A stretch of 64,000 nucleotides of DNA from Deltaproteobacteria bacterium. Lineage in GTDB: Bacteria > Myxococcota > Kuafuiibacteriia > Kuafuiibacteriales > Kuafuiibacteriaceae. The stretch is taken from NCBI GenBank assembly GCA_040218735.1, contig JAVJQW010000042.1, forward strand, positions 96,001 to 160,000. Reading direction: 5' to 3'. Numbering within the stretch: the stretch's first letter is position 1; every line of letters starts with the position of its first letter. The position numbers were made by a program, and so were the translations under genes. Positions 9,845 through 18,183 of this stretch are shown here, piece after piece. Below the pieces are notes generated by a model. It did not search any database and was not told the origin of the DNA. It saw only the letters and a list, made by a program, of their open reading frames with translations.

Positions 9845-10978
9845 GTGCCGGCGGTTCTCCGCGCGAAAGCGCAAACTCCCTCCACAGCCCACCATCGCCC
9901 AGGCGACGTCCAGACGGCGTCGTCGTTGGTACGGTCCTTGGAACTCGTCGAGCGTATGAAGACGCAGCGAAGAGATGACCACGACATGACGATGACTTGG
10001 CGGGCGAGGCTCGATGTCGACGAGCTCGTCGGTCGGAGCCAGTCTCTGGCCGACGTCTTCGAACGCATTAGCGCGGTGTGCGGGTTCGAGGGGCTCGCGA
10101 CGTTGATCACGGGCGCGACCGGAACGGGCAAGACTGCGGTCGCGCGAGCGATTCATCGCAACAGTCATCGCGGCGGTCACTTCGCGATGGTGAACTGCGC
10201 AGCCCTCCCCGACGCGCTCGTCGAGAGTGAGTTGTTCGGCGCAGAGCGTGGAAGTCACTCGACGGCTGACGCGCGGCGCGTCGGAAAGGTGGAAGCGGCG
10301 ACCGGCGGAACACTCTTCCTCGATGAGATCGCCGACCTGTCGATGACCGCGCAGGCGAAGCTCCTGACTGTGCTCCAGTCGCGCGAGCTCTACCGTTTGG
10401 GTGGGCTCGAACCCATCCACGTCGACTTCCGCCTGGTCTGCGCGACGAACGTAGACCTTCACGCGCGGGTCGCGGAGGGGCGCTTCCGCCTCGACCTCCT
10501 GCACCGCATCGACGGCTTCCCGATTCGAATGCCGGGCCTCGACGAGCGTCGTGAAGACGTTCCGCTCCTCGCCGAGCACGTTCTCACGAACTTCGCGCGG
10601 CAGTGCCGTCGCGACGTGCTCCGCCTGGCCCCGTCCGCGGCCATCGCACTGATCACTCGGACGTGGCCGGGTCACGTCCGCGAGCTCGAGAACGTCGTTC
10701 GTAGGGGCGCCGTCGTTGCATGGATGGCAGGCGCGCAGACGTTGGACGTCCCCCACCTGTACTGCGACAAGCCCGTGCAGGCCCCCGTGTCTCTTCGCAG
10801 CGCGGTGACGGGATTCAAGCGAGCGGTGCTCTTGGAGGTCCTCGGCCGGACGGGGTGGAGCACGTCAGCCGCCGCGAGCGCGCTCGGCATCGCGCGGTCA
10901 CACGTCTACAACCTCATCCGCGACTACGACATCGTGCTTCCGTCGGCGCGTCACGCCGACGCGGGTTGCGCGAGGTAG
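9845..10978 (+). CDS. Sigma54-interaction (AAA+) regulator with HTH, no clear sensor domain
   Basis: GATGTGKT, ESELFG, FLDEIADL, WPGHVRELEN and an HTH. GAFTGA is replaced by GSHSTA. Start uncertain (9845, 9957 or 9987). Confidence 0.85.
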   Translation: MPAVLRAKAQTPSTAHHRPGDVQTASSLVRSLELVERMKTQRRDDHDMTMTWRARLDVDELVGRSQSLADVFERISAVCGFEGLATLITGATGTGKTAVARAIHRNSHRGGHFAMVNCAALPDALVESELFGAERGSHSTADARRVGKVEAATGGTLFLDEIADLSMTAQAKLLTVLQSRELYRLGGLEPIHVDFRLVCATNVDLHARVAEGRFRLDLLHRIDGFPIRMPGLDERREDVPLLAEHVLTNFARQCRRDVLRLAPSAAIALITRTWPGHVRELENVVRRGAVVAWMAGAQTLDVPHLYCDKPVQAPVSLRSAVTGFKRAVLLEVLGRTGWSTSAAASALGIARSHVYNLIRDYDIVLPSARHADAGCAR

Positions 10979-12486
10979 TTCTTCACCAAGGCGCGCTCTA
11001 GCTCCGCCTCGCGCGCGAGCAGCCACACCGGTTGGGCGTTGTTCGGCAAGTTGGCTTGCACGGCCGAGGTGACCGTTTGGTCCAGCGGATCCTTCGCGGC
11101 GAGGTAGACGAGCTCGGTCTCGCCTTCCCGCTTGAGCGCGACCGGGAGGACGCGGTGCTCTGTCGCGAGCTCACGAGGGACCGCCTGCAATACGCGAGGG
11201 TGGATATGCGGAGCCGTCGGTCGCCAGATGTCCAGGCCGAGCTGTCGGCTCAGCGCATTGAGCAGGCGGTCCTCGGTGATGGCGCCGCGTTCGACGAGCA
11301 GGCGACCGAGCCGGTGTTTGGTGGTGGGTTGGACCGCGAGCGCTTCTTCGAGCGCGCTCGGCGTGATCATGCCCATCTGCACGAGGAGCTCGCCGAGGAG
11401 TCCACCGACACCCTGCCGCGGATTCTTGGGCGGGCGTGGTGAATCCGTCGTGGCCTCGAGGTCACGAGAGAGCGAGGCGAACAAATCACTCGACGGCGAC
11501 TGCGCCTCGTAGCGCCGGTTGCGATCGCGCTCCGCGACCGACCGCACGTGTTGCCGTGAGGGACGCAGGCTCCGACTGTTGAGGCGATCGATCTCCAGCA
11601 CGACCTCGTCCGCGCTCGACGGGCGATCCGCCGGATCCTTCTCCAGCAACGCCATCGCGATCTTCTCGAGCCCGCCCACGTCGCGGAGCGGCGGCGGCGG
11701 ATCCTTCACGTGTCGGACGAGCTGCTCGACCGGGTTCGGATCCGGGAAGATGCGACGCCCCGCGAGCATCTCGTAGAGGATCGCGCCCAACGCGTAGAGG
11801 TCACAGCTCGCGGTGATGTCACGGTCGAGCGCTTGCTCCGGCGCCATGTACCCCGGCGTCCCCATCAACAACCCCGTGCGTGTCATACGGGTGTCGCCGG
11901 GGCCTTCGGTGTCGTAGACCACGCCGAAGTCCAACAGCTTCACGTACTCGAACCCCGCCTCGCTCGTGAGCATGACGTTGGCGGGTTTGAGGTCGCGGTG
12001 CACGAGGCCGACGGCGTGCGCCGCGGACAAGCCGCTCGCGAGCTGCCGGGTGATCGACGCCGCGCGCGCCGCCGGGAACCGCGCGTGACGATCGAGCGCG
12101 TCCTTCAGGTTGAGGCCCTGCACGTGTTCCATGACGAGGAAGCGCAAGCCCTCCTTCGTCCCGCCGAACGCACGCACCGCGACGACGTTCGGGTGACGCA
12201 CGCGCGATAGTGACTTTGCCTCGAGCTCGAAGCGACGAACGATCGTGCGGTTCGCCGCGAGCTCTCCGGCCATCACCTTGAGCGCGTGGATCTGTCCGGT
12301 CTCGGTGTCCTCGACGCGGTAGACGTTGCCCATCCCGCCGGAGCCGATGCACTCCAGGACGCGGAAGCGATGGATCGTCTGGCCGACGACCGGGTCGTCG
12401 ACCTGGTCGACGAGCTGCGTCCCGTCGACGCCGCAGAACGCGACGTCTTCGCGATAGACCGCAGCGCACTTCGGACAGACGCGCAC
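10951..12486 (-). CDS. Ser/Thr protein kinase with N-terminal zinc-ribbon and C-terminal MshEN/T2SSE_N-like domain
   Basis: CPKC...CGVDG; GSGGMG, ALK, HRDLKPAN, DFG and APE; C-terminal LGELLVQMGMI...EALAVQ...RLGRLLVERGAI...ALSRQ. Confidence 0.85.
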   Translation of the reverse strand: MRVCPKCAAVYREDVAFCGVDGTQLVDQVDDPVVGQTIHRFRVLECIGSGGMGNVYRVEDTETGQIHALKVMAGELAANRTIVRRFELEAKSLSRVRHPNVVAVRAFGGTKEGLRFLVMEHVQGLNLKDALDRHARFPAARAASITRQLASGLSAAHAVGLVHRDLKPANVMLTSEAGFEYVKLLDFGVVYDTEGPGDTRMTRTGLLMGTPGYMAPEQALDRDITASCDLYALGAILYEMLAGRRIFPDPNPVEQLVRHVKDPPPPLRDVGGLEKIAMALLEKDPADRPSSADEVVLEIDRLNSRSLRPSRQHVRSVAERDRNRRYEAQSPSSDLFASLSRDLEATTDSPRPPKNPRQGVGGLLGELLVQMGMITPSALEEALAVQPTTKHRLGRLLVERGAITEDRLLNALSRQLGLDIWRPTAPHIHPRVLQAVPRELATEHRVLPVALKREGETELVYLAAKDPLDQTVTSAVQANLPNNAQPVWLLAREAELERALVKNYLAQPASA

Positions 12487-12508
12487 CGCGCGAAGGGTAG
12501 CGCGACGT

Positions 12509-13507
12509 TCAACCGATCCGCGAGCGCACCGCCGCCTTCATCAGATCCAGGTAGGCGCGGCGCTGCCGAGGATACGCCTGGATCGACCGGGTGAACGCGC
12601 GCTGCGCATCCGCCCAGTCTCCCGTACGCGCGGCGGCGGTCCCCGTCTGGTAGTACGCGGCGCCCGCGACGCGGTCGACGACCTCCCGGTGCGCTTCGTA
12701 GAACCCCGGGACGCGACGCCACACGTCTTCGACCAGGTGCAGAATTCCGGCCGCCGCTGCGGTGGGGTTCTTCGAGATCTGATCCGGGTGCCGACGGTAG
12801 TGCATCACGGGGACGTCCACGTAGGCGATCGGGTGGCGTAGTGCGATGCGTGCGACCAGGTGCCAGTCCTCGTACTGCCCGACGCGTTCGTCGAAACCGC
12901 CCACCTCTTCGAGTGCATCTTTTCGAAACAGTGAAGCGTTCCCCCAGCACAGGTGCATCAGCGCGATCAGCGGCGCGGCGCGGCCGGCGTACACGTGACG
13001 GTCGACGTGTTGCCCCGGCACCGGGAGGCCAAGCTCGCGGCACGTCTTGTGCGCACCGAACGCCCGCGCCAACTCTTCGGCGAAGGGGCGCTGCGTGGGG
13101 CCGATCCAGAAGTGATGGAGCGCGTGTTCGACCGTCACCCGCCCGTCGACGAGCTCCGACAGATCCCCACCGACGAGCGCGATCTCGGCGAAGCGTTCGA
13201 GCACCGCGAGGTGGGTCGCGATTCGGTGCGAGAGCTGGATGTCGTCGGCGTCGCAGAACGCCACGTAGTCGCTGCGCGCCGCGCGGATGCCCGCGTTGCG
13301 CGCGGCGCTCGGGCCCGCGTTGGCTTGGAAGATCCCGCGGACGCGATCGCCGAACGACTCGATGACGGCGCGGCTGCCGTCGGTCGAGCCGTCATCGACG
13401 AGGATGATTTCCAGGTCTTGGTGGTCTTGCGCGAGGATCGAGTCCACCGCCGCCGCGAGGTAGGCCTCGGCGTTGTAGACGGGGACGACGACGCTGACGC
13501 GCGGCAC
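12509..13507 (-). CDS. Glycosyltransferase family 2 with TPR-like C-terminus
   Basis: VSVVVPVYN, VDDGSTD, NAGPSAARNAG, FCDADD and YEDW. Confidence 0.9.
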   Translation of the reverse strand: MPRVSVVVPVYNAEAYLAAAVDSILAQDHQDLEIILVDDGSTDGSRAVIESFGDRVRGIFQANAGPSAARNAGIRAARSDYVAFCDADDIQLSHRIATHLAVLERFAEIALVGGDLSELVDGRVTVEHALHHFWIGPTQRPFAEELARAFGAHKTCRELGLPVPGQHVDRHVYAGRAAPLIALMHLCWGNASLFRKDALEEVGGFDERVGQYEDWHLVARIALRHPIAYVDVPVMHYRRHPDQISKNPTAAAAGILHLVEDVWRRVPGFYEAHREVVDRVAGAAYYQTGTAAARTGDWADAQRAFTRSIQAYPRQRRAYLDLMKAAVRSRIG

Positions 13508-13512
13508 GAAGC

Positions 13513-13749
13513 TCAGCTCTTCTTGGACTCGAGCAGCTTCACGATGTCGGCGACGGTGTCGAAGTTGTCCGGCGTCAGCTCGGCGTCTTCGATGACGATC
13601 GAGAACTCACTCTCGATGAACTGTACGAGCTTCATGATGCCGAGGGAGTCGATGATGCCGCTCTCGACGAGCGAGTCGTCGTCGAGGTCGATGTTGCGGT
13701 CGGCGGCCTCCTTCTCGAGGAACGCCTGGAGCTTCTCTTTGTAAGCCAC
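13513..13749 (-). CDS. Stand-alone acyl/peptidyl carrier protein (PltL/RedO/CloN5-like)
   Basis: 78 aa from GTG 13749: SLVESGIIDSLGIMKLVQFIESEF...ELTPDNFDT, with the phosphopantetheine Ser in IDSL. Confidence 0.85.
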   Translation of the reverse strand: MAYKEKLQAFLEKEAADRNIDLDDDSLVESGIIDSLGIMKLVQFIESEFSIVIEDAELTPDNFDTVADIVKLLESKKS

Positions 13750-13823
13750 GCGCCGGGCATAACACGACCCTGTGACGCGGCCAACGTAGCGCGGCACCGG
13801 TCGAGCCGGGTAGTCTGAGGTCC

Positions 13824-15335
13824 GTGGCGCGGCGGTGGTTGTGGGTTCTTGGTGCTTGGCTCGCGGCCTGTAGCGGCGGACCGGTGGAGACCCCATCGAC
13901 GCTGATCGACGCGGGTGAGATCGCCGACGGAGGGCGCGACGCCGGGCGCCGCGACGCAGGCGGCACGAACGACGCCGGAGCGCCGGACGGCGGCGCACGC
14001 GATGCAGGCCCGCGCGACGCCGGACCCGACGGCGGCGTGCGTGACGGCGGTCCGCGCGACGGCGGAGCGCGCGATGGCGGGCCGGACGGTGGCCTCCGCG
14101 ACGGTGGCTTCCGCGACGGTGGGCCCCGCGACGGCGGGCGCGACGGCGGTGTGATGGACGCGACCCCGCCGAGCGGCTTCGTCGACACGCTGATCGACGA
14201 CACGTTCCTGCAGGGCACGGACCTCGACCTCGTCGACATCGACGGCGACACGGACCTCGACGCCGTCGCCTCGTTCTCGGGCACCGAGACCGTCCGCCTC
14301 TACGTGAACGGGGGGCCCGGAGTGGTGGGCGACGGATCGACGTGGACGAGCGTCGACGTGGCGCCGCTGAATTCGATCGTCGCGTCGGGCCACGCCGAAG
14401 GTGACTTCGACGGGGACACCCGCCTCGACATCGTCGCGTTCGGTGCCTACACGGTCGGCGCGCCGTTCATGTCGCCGAGTCGCATCGCCTGGTACGCGCA
14501 GCCGACCGTCGTGAACGGTGCGTGGACCGAGAACGTCGTGCTCACCACCGGCATCTACGGGTTGTCGGCGATCGCGGTGGGCGACCTGTCGGGCGATGGG
14601 TTGCCGGATCTGATCGTCGGCGCGGAACCCACGAACGACGAAAACGGGATGGCGACGGGCGACGGGATCTTCTGGCTCCGCAACCAGGGCGGCGGTGTGT
14701 TCACGGCGCCGATCATCATCGACCTCGGATTGTCGGCGGTGGTGCAGATCCGGATCGCGGACATCGATCGCGACGGGGTGGACGACATCGTCGCGTCGGG
14801 ACGGGGGAGCAACAAGATCACCTGGTACGAGAACCCGCGGACGGCGGGGATGACCGACGACAACCCGATCTTCGTCGCTCACGACGTGGTGCTGGTGACG
14901 GAGGCCAACGGGTTCGACCTCGGGCAGCTCGACGCCGACGCGGACCTCGAGCTGGTCGTGGGTTACGACGACGGCGTGGGCGGCGCGATCGCGGCCTACG
15001 ATCCCCCGCTGGACCCCACGATGCCCTGGACGGCCTCCGTCATCGACGCGACGCTGGGAGGCCCCACGCAGCCCCTGCGCGTGTCGATCGCGGACTTCAA
15101 CGGCGATGGCCTCATGGACGTGGTTGCGACCTCCAACGCGGCGGCCACGATGCGCGTGTACACCCGCCTCTTCGGCGGGGGCTGGTTCCCCCAGACCGTC
15201 ACGTCACAGTTGACCGGTTTGCTCGACGTCGATACGGGAGACATCGACGGGGACGGCCTCGACGACCTGTCGACCGTCACGCGCGATCTCGCGCTGACCC
15301 GAGACGAGCTCAGCTGGTGGCGAACGCAACCCTGA
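13824..15335 (+). CDS. FG-GAP/VCBS repeat (beta-propeller) lipoprotein
   Basis: Lipobox LAAC, a DGG/DAG linker, and repeated DxDGDxxxD motifs (DIDGDTDLD, DFDGDTRLD, DLSGDGLPD, DIDRDGVDD, DFNGDGLMD, DIDGDGLDD). Confidence 0.85.
   Translation: MARRWLWVLGAWLAACSGGPVETPSTLIDAGEIADGGRDAGRRDAGGTNDAGAPDGGARDAGPRDAGPDGGVRDGGPRDGGARDGGPDGGLRDGGFRDGGPRDGGRDGGVMDATPPSGFVDTLIDDTFLQGTDLDLVDIDGDTDLDAVASFSGTETVRLYVNGGPGVVGDGSTWTSVDVAPLNSIVASGHAEGDFDGDTRLDIVAFGAYTVGAPFMSPSRIAWYAQPTVVNGAWTENVVLTTGIYGLSAIAVGDLSGDGLPDLIVGAEPTNDENGMATGDGIFWLRNQGGGVFTAPIIIDLGLSAVVQIRIADIDRDGVDDIVASGRGSNKITWYENPRTAGMTDDNPIFVAHDVVLVTEANGFDLGQLDADADLELVVGYDDGVGGAIAAYDPPLDPTMPWTASVIDATLGGPTQPLRVSIADFNGDGLMDVVATSNAAATMRVYTRLFGGGWFPQTVTSQLTGLLDVDTGDIDGDGLDDLSTVTRDLALTRDELSWWRTQP
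13926..14150 (+). repeat. Degenerate tandem repeat (about 12-15 nt units) encoding an (R)DGG/DAG linker
   Basis: Repeated cgcgacggcgg/gacgccgg units giving DGGRDAGRRDAGG...RDGGPRDGGRDGG. Confidence 0.8.
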
Positions 15336-16909
15336 ACCCCGACGCGATCAAACAGGCGGCAGAACGCCTGGGCTTCGAGTCGTTGCGCCCCGAGCAGGAG
15401 CGCGCGATCGAAGCGGTGGCCTCCGGGCGCGATGCGCTCGTGGTGCTGCCGACGGGCTTTGGCAAGTCAGCTTGCTACCAGATCCCGTCGATGGTGCTCG
15501 ACAAGCCGGTGCTCTTGATCTCGCCGCTGCTCGCGCTGCTGTCGGACCAGTACGACAAGCTGGTGAAGCGCAACATCCCTTGCGTTCGTTTGGATGGAAC
15601 GGTGCGCGGGAAGCGCCGCCGCGAAGCGTACCGGCGGATCTTCGAGGGCGGGCCGCTGCTCGTCATGACCACGCCCGAGACGTTGCGTCTCCCGGCGGTG
15701 GTGGAGCTGCTGAGATACGTCGGCGTCTCGGTCGCGGCGGTCGATGAAGCGCACTGCATCTCGGAGTGGGGTTACGACTTCCGTCCGGCGTACATCGAGC
15801 TGGGCGCGCGGCTGGACGAGATCGGCGCGAAGGCGCGCATGGCGCTGACGGCGACGGCGATGGAGGACGTCCGCGCGGACATCGTGCGGTTCCTGCGGAT
15901 CACGGATCCGGAGGTGATCGCGTCGTCGCCGGATCGGAAGAACCTCGCGTACGACGTGATCGTCGCGAGCGACAACGCGCGCGTGAACGCGATGGTGCGG
16001 CTGATGAAGCGGCTGCGTCGCCCCGGGATCATCTACTGCGCGACGACGCGCCACGTGGACGAGCTGTACGTCGTGATGCGGAAGCTCGGGATGCCGGTGC
16101 ATCGCTACCACGGGAAGATGGGGCAGAGCGGGCGCGAGGAGGAGCAGGCGAAGTTCATGAAGCGCGGTCGTCGCTCGATCATGATCGCGACGAACGCGTT
16201 CGGCCTCGGCATCGACAAACGCGACATCCGCTACATCATCCACGCGCAGACGCCGGCCTCCCTCGAGCAGTACGTGCAGGAGGCGGGGCGCGCCGGGCGC
16301 GACGGCAAGAAGTCGGACTGCATCCTCCTGTACTCGGGTTACGACCGCCCGATCCACGAGCAGCTGTTGGCGAAGAGCCGCATCAAGCCGGAGCGGCTCG
16401 CGCAGCTCGGCCGCGCGCTGCGCGCGTGGGCGAAGGAGGGGCGCCAGCCGACGCTCGAGGCGTTGTCCGTCTCGGCGGACATGGGTCCGCGCATGGTCAC
16501 GGCGCTGCTGGGCGTCGCCGACGACGCGGGGATCCTGCGTTACTCGGGCGGCACGATCGACGTGCCGGGGGATCCGGACGAGATCCTCGAAAAGATGAAG
16601 AGCCTCGCGTCGCGCTTCGAGAACCTGCGCACGAACGACGCGCGCCGCCTGGACTCGGTCTCGCAGTACGCCTACCTCGAGACCTGCCGCGGCCAGCACC
16701 TGCGAACCTACTTCGGCGAAGAAGAAGGCGAGCCGTGCGGCCTCTGCGACATCTGCCGCAACCGCGCCGAGCGCCCGTCGAGTTTCTTCGTCCCGCTCGG
16801 CAAGAAGGCCTTCAAGAAGAAGAAGCGCCGGCGTCGCCGGAGGCGAAGGAAGAAGAAGGGCGGCGGCGGCGAGCAGGGCCAGGGCGCGCCGCAGCAACCC
16901 AAGAGTTGA
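15317..16909 (+). CDS. recQ: RecQ family ATP-dependent DNA helicase
   Basis: LPTGFGKS, VDEAHCISEWGYDFRP, ALTATA, ATNAFGLGIDK, QEAGRAGRDG and Zn site CR...CGLCDIC. Start probably GTG 15317. Confidence 0.9.
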   Translation: MANATLNPDAIKQAAERLGFESLRPEQERAIEAVASGRDALVVLPTGFGKSACYQIPSMVLDKPVLLISPLLALLSDQYDKLVKRNIPCVRLDGTVRGKRRREAYRRIFEGGPLLVMTTPETLRLPAVVELLRYVGVSVAAVDEAHCISEWGYDFRPAYIELGARLDEIGAKARMALTATAMEDVRADIVRFLRITDPEVIASSPDRKNLAYDVIVASDNARVNAMVRLMKRLRRPGIIYCATTRHVDELYVVMRKLGMPVHRYHGKMGQSGREEEQAKFMKRGRRSIMIATNAFGLGIDKRDIRYIIHAQTPASLEQYVQEAGRAGRDGKKSDCILLYSGYDRPIHEQLLAKSRIKPERLAQLGRALRAWAKEGRQPTLEALSVSADMGPRMVTALLGVADDAGILRYSGGTIDVPGDPDEILEKMKSLASRFENLRTNDARRLDSVSQYAYLETCRGQHLRTYFGEEEGEPCGLCDICRNRAERPSSFFVPLGKKAFKKKKRRRRRRRRKKKGGGGEQGQGAPQQPKS

Positions 16910-16931
16910 GGAAAAGCGGTACCCTCACTTC

Positions 16932-17717
16932 ATGGTGTCGGTCCCGCTCCTGCTCCTCACACTCGCGGCGGCGTCGCCACGAGGCACCGACGTCGACGTC
17001 ATCCTGAAGCTCTTCCCCAAGGCGAAGGCGCAGCAGGCCGAAACACACTGGGGCAAGAAGCAGCCGACCCGTTACCTCGGACCGATCTTTCGCGGTCGTC
17101 GAATGGGTTACGTGCTCGCGGGGGAGGTGCGGTCCGTCGAGCTGGGCCGTGCTCGGCTCATCGTCTTTCCGATCTATCTCACCGACAGGACGAAGGGCCT
17201 GAGGGTCGAGTCACTCGTCACCGGGACGAAGCACGCCGAGTCACCGAAGAGCGTGACGCTCATCCAGGCGATCCTCGTGGACAGCGCGACCGGCAAGCTC
17301 ATCGGTAAGGCGCCGACGTTTCCACTCGAACGAAGCGGTGGATGGACACACGCCTACGCGGGCCGCAACTTCGCCGTCTTCGGGCTCGACGTCGTCGACA
17401 TGTCCGGAGTGACCGGGGCGCGGATGACCTACGGAACCGGTGAGGATGCCCGCGTGCGCTTCTTCGCCACGACCGAGGACGGCAAGCTCGACGCGAGCCA
17501 AGAAAGCACGCCGTTCACGACCGAGGCCGTGGCCCACCCGGAGGGGTGCGAGGAGGCGTCGGTCGCGCGCAAGGCCATCATTCACGAGCCGCGCGCGTAC
17601 TTCAGCCTCGAGTACGCGACGAAGTGCGCGTGTGACGCCGACGCGTGCAAGCGGTCCGGGCTCTCGGTCGGTGACGGGACCCGGACGATCAACCTGAAGT
17701 CCGCGGCGGGCTCCTGA
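16932..17717 (+). CDS. Hypothetical secreted protein
   Basis: Signal-peptide-like N-terminus, host-like codon usage and C-terminal Cys residues. Confidence 0.6.
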   Translation: MVSVPLLLLTLAAASPRGTDVDVILKLFPKAKAQQAETHWGKKQPTRYLGPIFRGRRMGYVLAGEVRSVELGRARLIVFPIYLTDRTKGLRVESLVTGTKHAESPKSVTLIQAILVDSATGKLIGKAPTFPLERSGGWTHAYAGRNFAVFGLDVVDMSGVTGARMTYGTGEDARVRFFATTEDGKLDASQESTPFTTEAVAHPEGCEEASVARKAIIHEPRAYFSLEYATKCACDADACKRSGLSVGDGTRTINLKSAAGS

Positions 17718-17851
17718 GCCGCCTGACCGTTGCGCAATCCTCCCCGATCCGAACGCAGTAGTTGGCATCGGCTCAAGCGAAGTATGGTAGTCCCGGCGAG
17801 TCGGATTCTTTTCAAAATCACCGGCCGCTGCTATCTAGAACCGAAACGTAG

Positions 17852-18181
17852 ATGGGACAGCCGTACCGAGGATCAGTTCAAGCGCAGGGAAGCGACATTG
17901 GAGTTGCGGGAGGCTATACGTCGTCGTGGGCCCAATACGTAGCCCTTACGGCGGACGAGGGAAATATCCGGTTGGATGCCCTTGAGTCCCAATGCTCACG
18001 ACAGCAACTGCATCAGAGAACTCGAGCATTCAAGAAGGCGCGTCGCTTTATCGAGAACGCACGTGCCCAGGGTGGAGTTGGGCCTGAGTCACAGCCGCAC
18101 TCGTTCCAAGACCCCAAACGCACTATCTCGGACGCTCGTGTTGATATCGAGATCAACGCTGGCCTCACTTTCGTTCCGTAG
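17852..18181 (+). CDS. Small hypothetical protein, possible toxin-like domain
   Basis: 109 aa ORF ending 2 nt before the next ATG, with motifs RGSVQAQG...SWAQ...RVDIEI. Confidence 0.6.
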   Translation: MGQPYRGSVQAQGSDIGVAGGYTSSWAQYVALTADEGNIRLDALESQCSRQQLHQRTRAFKKARRFIENARAQGGVGPESQPHSFQDPKRTISDARVDIEINAGLTFVP

Positions 18182-18183
18182 CC

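Noticed and set aside
13926-14150. Tandem repeat considered as a CRISPR array
   Set aside because: Units are short, degenerate and in-frame coding, with no unique spacers and no cas genes.
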